64,000 bases of DNA, from positions 167,276,001 through 167,340,000 of the forward strand of contig OX597814.1 of assembly GCA_951406725.2 (NCBI GenBank), in the 5' to 3' direction. Of this stretch, positions 54,243-64,000 are shown piece by piece. Numbering within the stretch: the first letter of the stretch is position 1; each line of letters starts with the position of its first letter. The position numbers and the translations under genes were made by a program. A model generated the notes under the pieces. That model was given only the letters and a program-made list of their open reading frames with translations, was not told the origin of the DNA and made no database searches. Source of the stretch: Octopus vulgaris (taxonomy: Eukaryota).

Positions 54243-54572
54243 AGGTGCAGGCATGGCTGTATGGTTAAGAAGTTTGTTTTGCAGCTACATGATCCTGGGT
54301 GCAGCCCTACTGCCCAACACAGTGAATTTGGCAGATGTAAATTGAAGCATATATGTCTTTGTGTTTGTCCCCCTTTCATTGCTTCACAACTGGTGTTGGT
54401 TTGTTTGTGTCCCTATAACTTAGCAGTTCAGTAAAAGAGACCAATAGAATAAGTAATAGACTTCATACATAAGTACTGAGGTTGAATTTGATTTGTTTAA
54501 CTTAAACCCTCCAAGGCAGTACCAAGATGGCTGCTGTCCAATGACTGAAACAAGTAAAAGATAAAGGATAAA
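54243..54572 (+). mobile_element. SINE family A (diverged); further partial copies at 54888-55035 (+) and 50150-50284 (-)
   Basis: gcaggcatggctgtatggttaagaag head and atgactgaaacaagtaaaaga tail. Confidence 0.7.
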
Positions 54573-54835
54573 AAATTGCCATAAAATTTAAAAAAGCTTT
54601 TCTTGAATTTCAAAGAATTAATTATATTAAATTTTTTTTTTTAATAAAGCAAATTGACACAAATCTGATGGAAGTTTTTGTGTAAATATTTTTCAAACAC
54701 ACCTTAGTTTGAAATACTGAATACAACAAAAAGGTGCTTGCACAAAATCTTCTTTCCATCATATCTATGTTAATTTTTTTTTAAAGACTCTTTTATATAA
54801 TTAATAATTTTAAATTTAAATTTTAAAAAATATTC

Positions 54836-54890
<55 letters not shown>

Positions 54891-55551
54891 TGTAGGCATG
54901 GGTGTGTGATAAAAAGCTTGCTTCCCAAATATATGGTTCTGGGTTCAGTCCCACTTCATGACTCCTTGGTCAAGTATCTTCTACTATAGCCTTGGGCTAT
55001 GGATTTGGTAGACAGAAACTGAAAGAAGCCTGTTGCATACATATACATATGCATATACATACATATATTCTGCTTCAAACCACATTATATATAAATGGTT
55101 TTATGTGTGACAATTTACACAAGACTTGTATAAATTTATATATAGTTGAGTAGTGAGGTGTGACACCTTATCAGATGCTTACCAATGCAGCTATTATACA
55201 TATGTGAAAAAGGTGCTTGCTATTGGTTATATATAGGAGAAAAGGAAAATAATAGGAATATCAATAATGACACAAAGAGCATTAAAAAACCTTGGACAGT
55301 AATAAAAGTACAATGGAGAGTGACAAACCAACACTAGTAACAGTATTAAAAATAACAGCAGTCATGACAACAACATTATCAATACAATTAAGATGAAAAT
55401 GATAACAACAACAACAACAGCAATAGCAGCAACAACAATAACAGCTGCAACAATAATTATTATTATTATTATCATTGTATTATATTGTTAAAGTAGTGAG
55501 TTGGCAGAATTGTTAGCACGCCGGGCAAAATGCTTAGTGGCATTTCATCTA

Positions 55552-56290
55552 TTGGGCTGGCAAACTAAGTTTCCACAGTTTTTTTAAAATTTTAATTTTT
55601 TAAAAGGTTTAATAAAAAATAACTAATTTATCAATAATGTATTCACTCTTGTTGTTTACAACTTCTTCCCAATGTTCAACAAGATTTTCAATACCTCGAT
55701 GGTAGAAATCACCCAATTTCGTCTCGAAAAATTGATCCAACCAAGCTCTTAATTCTGCATCAGTATTGAATGAAACTCCATGAATAGCATTTGAAAGAGA
55801 TCGAAAGAGGTGGAAATCCATTGGTGCCAAATCAGAAGAGTATGGCAGGTGTGGCAGCACTTCCTAGCCATACATTTGAATGGCTTCCTTGGTCATATTG
55901 GCAATATGAGGGAGGGCATTGTTGTGCAGCAGAAGAACTCCATGCTGCCGATTAGGTCTTTTCTCTTGAATAGCCATGTTGAGTCATTCCATCTGTTGAA
56001 CATAGAGTTCTGCGTTGACTGTTTGGTTCCATTCAAGCAATTCGTAATGGATAATCCCTTCCCAGTCCCACCAAATGCACAACATCGTTTTACGCAAATG
56101 AAGATCTTGTTTCACACGCGGTGTTGCATGTTTACCAGCGCTAAGCCATTCCTTACGCTGCTTCATATTGATGTACAGGCACCATTTTTCCTCGCCAGTA
56201 ACAATTCGGTAAAGAAATCATTACTTGTGTCCATGAGTTGAGCAGTGATGAGCAAGCAAATCAGCAGAGATTGTGGCTCGTTGATTGTTT
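55552..56290 (-). mobile_element. Mariner 3' fragment with decayed DD34D domain, abutting a family B SINE head (55492-55551) at a TA
   Basis: RIVTGEEKWCLY, KTMLCIWWDWEGIIHYELL, LLHNNALPH, PHLPYSSDLAPMDFHLF; end ttgggctggcaaactaag after TA. Confidence 0.88.
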
Positions 56291-56554
56291 TTTACAACTG
56301 TCTTTTCCTTAATTTTAGCCATCCTCTGTCCCTTTTTCTGTTGCAAGGTTTCCCTCCTCTATTCTTTCTTTTCCTTCTTCATTTCCTGTCTTTCCTTCTC
56401 TTCCTTTTAGTCCTTCTTTTCCAAATCATCACTTCTCTTCCTCTTCTCTCTTTATCTCTCTTCCACTTACCTTATTGCCTCTCTTTGCTCTCTTTGCTCC
56501 TCTCCCCATGCTTGTAGAATTCTTTCAGTGTTCTGCTTGGTTTATAACCAGAAA

Positions 56555-56678
56555 TGACTCTGTAGAAAGTAGCATTAATTTTCTAGGTCATTCAATTTTT
56601 CACAACTGATCAATGGGCCAGTTGAATAAACCTATCAATAGTGAACCTACAATGACTACTAGAAACAGCTGTAAGTCA
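56555..56678 (+). ncRNA. Hammerhead-like motif with stem II of about 95 nt
   Basis: tgact-CTGTAGA-(agtag..taggt..caactg..cagttg..accta..ctact)-GAAA-cagct-GTA-agtca; A6 mutated here but intact in the 43867 copy. Confidence 0.5.
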
Positions 56679-56957
56679 AATTTACTGCAATAAAGAAATA
56701 TGCAATGACCATTTTTTATGCCTTGTCTTGTATATTATTCTGTGTAAAAACCAATATAACTGGAACACAACAATGGGTTTACAATATTGAATGATGATGA
56801 ACTATAACCCCAGACCCTGCCACAAGAATACACAGTGTTCTTTGCAATATAAACAATATTGTGATCCTGGTGTACTAACAGAGAGCCTATAAGGTATTTG
56901 CCTTGATTGATAATCCCTCTCTTATAACTCTTTTTAAATGTGTGTGTGTGCACATGT

Positions 56958-56990
<33 letters not shown>

Positions 56991-57617
56991 TACGTATGTA
57001 TGTATATATGTATATATGTACATGTATATGCTATAATTTATATCCCAAATGCTAATTTTGATTAAAGTTTGAACTACTATTTGGCCTTGCATAACAAAGC
57101 ATATATGTAGGAGCACCCATTATGTTCATGAGCTCTTGAGAGAATTTTGTCATTTGTAACATAATAATATACATAGCTAGATTATAGGTGTCCTACCAAG
57201 GAAAAATTTTTCAAGACAGAGGGGCCAGGGAGAATGAAAGAAAGAAGTAAGGAAGGAAGGAAGGAAAACACAGTTTCTTCTTATACAAGCTCTTGTAAGA
57301 TATAAACAAGCATTAACTACTAGCATTGGAAATGTCCAAAAATATGAATTGCTCCTCTCTAAGTGTCGTTCTAATTAGAGAAAGAAATCAAAAGAATTTG
57401 CATGAATAATTAGGAAAAGAGAATTTATCTCACAGTTGTAATTATTAAACTATAAAGCTGTGAATAAAGTTTTACAATTGACTGGGGAAAAAATATATTC
57501 TTTACAATAATAATTTACTCAGAAAGATCTAAGCAGAAATTATATCCTAGAGAATAGATATAATCAATATCCTAAAGGCTAATATTGATTCAACTTTTAG
57601 GGCCCTACTTTGTCTTG

Positions 57618-57877
57618 GATACACACACACACATATGTGCATGCACACACATGTATGTATATATGCATGTATGTATGTATGTATGTATGTATGTATGTGT
57701 GTATGTATGTGTGTATGTATGTATGTATGTATGTATGTGTGTGTGTATGTATGTGTGTATGTATGTATGTATGTATGTATGTGTGTATGTGTGTATGTAT
57801 GTATGTATGTATGTATGTATGTATGTATGTATGTATGTGTGTGTGTATGTATGTATGTATGTATGTATGTATTTATG

Positions 57878-57906
<29 letters not shown>
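57618..57906. repeat. (TATG)n microsatellite
   Basis: Direct inspection. Confidence 0.95.
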
Positions 57907-57909
<3 letters not shown>

Positions 57910-57998
57910 GGGAAAGTTTACGAAAATAAACAAAAGATGAAGGCAGGTGGAGTACAAACAAACAAATGTATTAGTATAATGCTCAGGAATAGAAAAAG

Positions 57999-58036
57999 TC
58001 TTTTACGTTTCGAGCCTACGCTCTTCGACAGAAAGA
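57999..58036 (-). ncRNA. Minimal hammerhead-like motif with variant core
   Basis: Minus: tcttt-CTGTCGAA-gagc-gtag-gctc-GAAAC-GTA-aaaga; palindromic ACGT stem III; A6 not conserved. Confidence 0.4.
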
Positions 58037-58116
58037 TACACAGAAAAAAACAAGGAGAGAAAAAAGGAGAGAAAAAAATGCGTGTAGGAGCTAACGATCT
58101 ATCATGGCGTCCTGAC

Positions 58117-58147
<31 letters not shown>

Positions 58148-58350
58148 TGTATGTATGTATGTTTGTTTTCTACTCTGATTATCTACTCCATCATTGCCCA
58201 CAGTTTCCCACTGTATTTGTTCTTTCATGCAATAGAAAAATTAAATGCACAGGGTGAGCAATTTTATTTATAACACGTTTGCATGTGTGTGGGGAGTATT
58301 TGTACACATACAAACGTATGAATAAATATTTAAATACATATTTATTATAT

Positions 58351-58710
58351 TAGAACTAGAGGAAAAGATTCAGGTATGGAAGCAAGGATTAGAATCGAAG
58401 GGCCATAGAGTCAACCGAGCTAAAATCAAAATCTTAATAAGTAGGAAGGCAGATAAACCACAAATCCTTCAGGTAGATGGCCCTACTCGATCTGTAGAAA
58501 AGGCATAGGTAGAAACTCCATAAGATGTACCCAGTGTAAGTTATGGACACATAAGAGGTGCAGCAATATTAAAGGAAGGCTAACTGGGAAGATAGTTTTG
58601 TATGTGGCAAATGCTCAGGAGCAATAAACATGTGCAGAGAACAGTTTCTGTCATTCCGGGGAGAAAAACTACAAGTAGTTGATAGCTTTCATTACCTAGG
58701 TGACCAAGTC
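58351..58710 (+). pseudogene. RTE ORF fragment with Cys/His-rich (PHD-like) insertion in the RT thumb region
   Basis: WKQGLESKG..SICRKGIGRNSIRCTQCKLWTHKRCS..VCGKC..EKLQVVDSFHYLGDQV; the end overlaps the start of 44675-45808. Confidence 0.75.
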
Positions 58711-58737
58711 GGCAGCTTCCTGTTGCTGGTTTGGCAA

Positions 58738-58779
58738 CCACAGACTAGTTTCAAAGTAGTTGCCTCTTATCAATGTGGA
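58738..58779 (-). ncRNA. Second, inverted copy of the U3:A8 hammerhead
   Basis: Same core; stem II gagg/cttt pairs with G-U wobbles. Confidence 0.6.
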
Positions 58780-58928
58780 GTAGCCGAACCCAGCAGTCGT
58801 CACTGCTGACCGTAGTCTCCTTTAGAGAGAATTAGAAATAATGATATTTCTATTTTTGAAATCCAGTGGATGTATTCCACTGAATTTAGGTAAACAATCC
58901 TTCAGCAATGCCTGCTGGGTTCGACTAC

Positions 58929-58971
58929 TCCACATTGATAAGAGGCAACTACCTCGAAACTAGTCTGTGGA
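58929..58971 (+). ncRNA. Minimal type I hammerhead, U3:A8 variant
   Basis: tccaca-TTGATAA-gagg-caacta-cctc-GAAA-cta-GTC-tgtgga; palindromic ACTAGT stem III; predicted cut after 58965. Confidence 0.75.
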
Positions 58972-59115
58972 TGCCACACCAGGAAGGGGAAGCTGCTGAC
59001 CTCCCCTGTTCGAAGGTTATAATGGACAGAGGTTTGTGTGTCACATAGCTAGCTAGAGAAGATGGCCTCTTGGAGCTAATTCTGGACTGCCATGTTAGCT
59101 TGCCAATAACTATTA

Positions 59116-59154
<39 letters not shown>

Positions 59155-59253
59155 CAAAATAAGCAACAGGATATCAAGAAGTGATGCAGTAAGAGTTTCA
59201 AGTGGCTCCATTTAATTGAAGAATACAATCATTGCATCAATTTAAATGCAGAG

Positions 59254-59378
<125 letters not shown>

Positions 59379-59620
59379 TAACTATAAGATCCAGGGATTG
59401 AGGTGTAGGAAGAAAGTTAGCTTCAAGCAATCCATAATAAATGTAAAAAAGACAACTTTCAGGGGCAATAGTGGTTTATTGAGACAGAAGGTTGTGGATA
59501 TTTTTCGTATTGAAGTATGATAAATTGAAAAAAGTTCTTTTTATATTTCACAGTAGGTGACCAGGGTTGTCGTATGTGCAAATAAAAATACAAGAGTTAA
59601 GGAATGGAGTAGATAAGATC

Positions 59621-59706
59621 TGGGCTACATATGTTTCATAGCAAGTGGAACCTCAGAAGTGGTAAATATCCAAGCAAAGTGTACCACAGGCTATTCTTCA
59701 GGCCCA
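59621..59706 (-). ncRNA. Type I hammerhead, canonical core, long stem II
   Basis: Minus: tgggc-CTGAAGA-atagc...gctat (57 nt)-GAAA-catat-GTA-gccca; predicted cut between 59626 and 59625. Confidence 0.78.
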
Positions 59707-60080
59707 CTGGGAAGTACATGTTAACACATGGAAGATTCATTCAGAAAGTGTTGGGATATCCTTAAGCAACAAGTTTACTTTCATTTTCTCCATGTCTTCT
59801 GCACAATTAGCGTTCACTAATCTAGTGAACAAGTTATATATAAATATAAGATCCAGAGATCAAGGTGTAGGAAGAAAGTTAGTTTCAAGCAAACTGTAGT
59901 AAATATAAAAAGCAACTTTCAGGGACAATAGTGGTTTATTGAAATGGAAGTTTGTGGATTTCTTTTGTATCAAAATACAATAAACTGAGAAAAGTTCTTT
60001 TTATATTTCATGGTAAGTGACCAGGGTTGCTGGGTGTGCAAAAAAGAATACAAGAGTTAAGGAATGGAGTAGATAGGATC

Positions 60081-60169
60081 CAGACTACATATGTTTCATA
60101 GCGAGCGGAAAACTCGGAAGTGGTAAATATCCAAGCAAAGTGTATACCGCAGGCTACTCTTCAGGCCAA
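60081..60169 (-). ncRNA. Type I hammerhead, second copy
   Basis: Minus: ggc-CTGAAGA-gtagc..gcgg...ccgc..gctat-GAAA-catat-GTA-gtc; stem I shorter; predicted cut between 60086 and 60085. Confidence 0.65.
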
Positions 60170-61719
60170 GAACATCTGGATTAAATATCTGCCTGTAATA
60201 CAAAAAGATTATATAATAGAATAATAAACGATTATTTTTTTACTTACATTTTTACTTAATGAAACAATAAAATGATTAGTTTTACTTATCGATAACAAGA
60301 TAACTTGGATGTGGGGAACATTAGTAAATTTATGTGCAGATAGCTTTAGTCTTATATAATTATGTGTAAAATAATGTGGCCACTATTGTCGATACATATG
60401 AAAGTGTTTCAGTTTGGGTAATTGAACAATACTGAAGGGAATTGAATAATATCAAAAGAAATAAGTTAAATGATTGTTGTGATGATACATATCAATAAAA
60501 AGAAAATAAGATAACTAGGTTTTTGGTGGAATACAATTATCTGACACACACATACACAAAGTAAATGGATTCTCCATTGGTTCTGAGGATAAGTGCTTCA
60601 AGTTGTTCAGTCATCTGAAGCTCCGACTCATTATATTAGTGTGTTAGTGGCTACCAATTACACAGATAGTTATACCTTTAATGTAATTTTCAGTTATTAT
60701 CAACATGACACAGTATGTAACATGGATGGTCTTTAATGTTTCAGATATTGTCCATTTCAGATACTGTCCTTTCAGATATTGCCTCTCATATGTTTTCTGT
60801 TTATCCAATCTCACTTATGAAGCAGAAGACATTTATTCAAGATCTAATACACAAAGATATTGAAACTGGGACCTCATAATTGTGAAGTGAACTTCTTAAC
60901 TATAGGAAAAAGTGATTGTGGTTTTTCAGGAAAGAAGAAGCAGAATTTATTTGGTAAAACATTTATCTATTTATGTGCTGAGGAAACGGGCGCAAAGTAA
61001 TACAAGTGATGTTCCTTTGAACGAGATGGGAGGTGTATATGTTAATAAATTGGCTGTTTTCTTGAGTATGTACCTTGCAATTATTATTATTAAATTTTGA
61101 AATATATATATATATATATATCAATATTTTGAAAAAAAAAAAAGCGCACTCCACCTTCAAATGTATTGAGTACTATTTTTGTTTCGCAGACATGTTAGCT
61201 CTATATCTAAGGATAACTACACTAATGTGTGTATGTGTGTGCAGCATGCATGTAATGTGTGTGTATGTGTGTGTGCATGCACCTGTTCCTGCTTAATTAT
61301 ATAAATTATTTAATTGTTTTTCTTTTCAAAACACTTAGCAATCTAGCATCAATAATAGGAATAACCAATCAGTTTATTGCATATGCAAATAATGTCAATT
61401 TTGGTTAATTATATAATATTCTTCTCAATTTTAGGTGAAGACTTGGCAAAATGCTGTTTAAAATTGAGCATCAATTTTATATGAATAAAGAATACACTTA
61501 CACACCCCAGCCCCACACGTACACACAGTTGATTCCACTTAATTGCATTGGCTCATTGACTGAAATGAATTATCAATTCAATTAACCAAATTATAGAATT
61601 AGCTGAAATTACTGTACAAAGCAGTCAATAAATAATAAGATATCAATATAGTGTCAGTAGTAATGTATCTAATGTATTATGGCTGTTTTACATGCACATG
61701 GATCATGTAATTCTTCCTA

Positions 61720-61915
61720 ATTTCAGCATAAACCCAGCAATGTTGAGGGAAAGGGGAAAGGGGAATATATTACATGAACCCCAGGACTTGACAGCTACTT
61801 TTATTTTTTTATCAATCCTCAAAGGATTAAAAGCAAAATCAACCTTGACAGAATGTAAAAAGCTGGAAAAAATGCCACTAAGCAGTTCTTCCAACAAATG
61901 ATTCTACCAGCTTTC
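61720..61915 (-). mobile_element. SINE family B-related copy, diverged
   Basis: Reverse-strand gttgattttgcttttaatcctttgaggattgataaaa core. Confidence 0.5.
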
Positions 61916-62745
61916 TACTTTGTGTGGACCTTATAGTAAGACAAGAATGAAGTGTGTTCTTTTTGTTTTGTTATTGACAATATGCTTTGTGTAGAGATAA
62001 TCTTTTTTTTTTTATTAATATGTATCAGGATGGCAGTCGTTTGATTAATTCCTTTTGTTGCTATTCAATTCCCTTTGATATTTTTCAGTTACCTAAGCAG
62101 AAGCACGTTCATATATATCAGCAACAACTGCCTCATTATTTCACTTGTTATTCTACAGATCAATGATTGTATGTGTACACATAATTTTCTGCTGTTCTGC
62201 CGATCCAAGTTAACTTTACTATCTTTTTTTATTGATACCTACAGACTGATCATTTGACTTATCACATATGAGATTTTTCCAATTCCTTTTCATATTCTTC
62301 AATTACCCAAGCTTGATACGTCTCCACATTGACTTCTACATTGAATTACTCAATAATAATAACTTTGACCATGCAGGTTATAAAAAATTTAATTGAATCA
62401 CAGTCTTACATATGTTGATAATAAAAAATAACAAAGTGTCAAATCACTGCTTGATTTATAATTATTTTTTATAAACCTTATCTGGAATGAAGATTTTTAT
62501 GTGTTGAAGAAATTTATTACAATATTAAAAATATGATAAAATTGCACCAGAATATGAATGCTGATAGTGTTTGATTCATTGAAGTAGTTAGACTAACTTG
62601 AATATAAATTTAACTTTTTTAACATTGGTTGTTTGCAAATACGAAGTACTGACTACTGTTATTTTAACTTATCATTGTCTGTATACAAAGGCCATATTCA
62701 ATAAAATTGCTGATACACTAGCAAAAATTAAGACAATGGCATTGG

Positions 62746-63045
62746 TTGCTGATGAGGCAGTAAAAAATTATTAATTTTGCCAAACCTATATCATTGAACA
62801 TGCATCTTTCATTATCCTTTGTGATGAACGTGGCCATACTGTTGTGTACTGAAATACAATGGTTGATGGCAGGAAAGACACTAGTGTCATAATTTAAATT
62901 AAAAGATGAGTTAGCAGCTTTTATTACGTAACTTTATTTCCATTTCAAAGACCAATTAACAAAAAGTGAATGCTCAGACTTGGTTATTTCCCTAAAATCA
63001 ATAGAGTTAAACTTTTATTTCAAGAGAAGCAAATAACAGTTTTAT
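62746..63045 (+). pseudogene. hAT Buster/Charlie-type transposase remnant
   Basis: DEAVK-IINF..ILCDE..TEIQWLMAGKTLV..LKDELAAF resembles the TEVRWLSRG region of Charlie/ZBED5-like transposases. Confidence 0.55.
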
Positions 63046-63579
63046 TATGCTATTGTAGTGATGCCTGGTTCTAGATGTCATTGTGGAACATTCATCCACG
63101 CATGTGTATAGATTTAGAGCTTTACGGAGATCTGACAAAAGCCACTTATGCGCATGTGCAATCATCAGCAGCAGCTAGGCTTGACCACCCATTCATCCTC
63201 TTCAGCCCTGACTTCTGACCAGACAGGACGCAACTTAGACCACCATTATGATGGTGAGCGACATTGCGAGTCTGTGAAAATGCCTTCGTATTTTTGTGTC
63301 ACCTACCAACCCTGCTGCTTCCACACCAAGGTGTCCAGGCTACCGATGTCCAGAGACAAAATGTTTACTTAGGTGAAATAAATTATTATTGTTATTTGTT
63401 CGGAGAGATCTTGTCCTCACCTTTTCCTTCCATGAACTATGTATGGAATTGTGAAGCACCCATCCAGTGCCAATCCATTTCCTACACTATAAATCCAAAC
63501 CTTCAAAAGGAATTTAGAATTTTAGAAAACTTACATTCAAAATCAAGAACTTCACAGTTTTATTGTTTTTAAAGAATCC

Positions 63580-63776
63580 TTATCGCACTGGACAAACTGC
63601 TAAGTGCCATTTCTTCTGACTTTACGTTCTGAATTCAAATGTTGCAGGGATCAATTTTGCCTTTCATCTTTTCTGGGTTGATAAAAGAAGTACCAGTTGA
63701 GCACTGGGTTTGGTGTAATTAACTTACTCCCTCCCATGAAATTACTGGCCTTGTGCCAAAATTTAAAATCAATATT
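63580..63776 (+). mobile_element. SINE family B
   Basis: gttctgaattcaaat, tttgcctttcatc, aagtaccagttgagcactggg. Confidence 0.75.
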
Positions 63777-64000
63777 AAGGTAAACAACCTTTAGAGAGCT
63801 AAAACATAAGATGATTAAAATTTAAAATTTCAAAAATGCCCAAGAATGATAAATATGGAAAACAGACAGAGATGTTTTCACAAGGTCAGAGCACATCGTA
63901 CTTCAATCTAAGTCAGATATTTTTCACTGAGAATACTCTATAATATTCTGTAGTTTATGTGAAGAAAAGGACATATACTGAATGTATTGATACAAAAATG

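Larger units (their letters stand above)
58707..59001. repeat. Inverted repeat, arms about 100 bp, each carrying a hammerhead
   Basis: 58707-58808 is the reverse complement of 58902-59001. Confidence 0.88.
59385..60169 (-). mobile_element. Retrozyme/pLTR-like element: two direct repeats of about 320 bp, each with a hammerhead, and a spacer of about 140 bp
   Basis: 59385-59706 is repeated at 59847-60169; abuts (TAGA)n/(TA)n; no ORF. Confidence 0.7.

Noticed and set aside
63054-63345. TGTAGTGA-starting GC-richer block, possibly an LTR related to 12278-12855
   Set aside because: No matching CA end or TSD; similarity by eye too weak

Overview
AT-rich, microsatellite-dense eukaryotic (metazoan) DNA. 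The SINE/LINE repertoire resembles a cephalopod such as Octopus (inference only). No host gene is securely identifiable: there are three weak minus-strand exon candidates, and most ORF-track entries are microsatellite translations. The window is a mosaic of mobile DNA: a near full-length CR1-group LINE (36.8-40.25 kb) plus truncated copies, R4/Dong-type RLE LINE fragments in (TAA)n, RTE LINE 3' pieces, several tRNA-derived SINE families, mariner, Tigger and hAT remnants, piggyBac-type and hAT MITEs, non-autonomous Helitrons, a solo LTR and a Penelope GIY-YIG remnant. Two signals stand out. (1) About a dozen type I hammerhead-ribozyme motifs lie in microsatellite-flanked direct or inverted repeats, including canonical cores with unusually long stem II, U3:A8 compensatory variants, and a retrozyme-like pair 460 nt apart. 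(2) A G_GGA_AAC -1 slippery heptamer sits at the ORF1 stop of the CR1 LINE, whose ORF2 lacks a start AUG. All alignments and folds were done by eye; boundaries are approximate.
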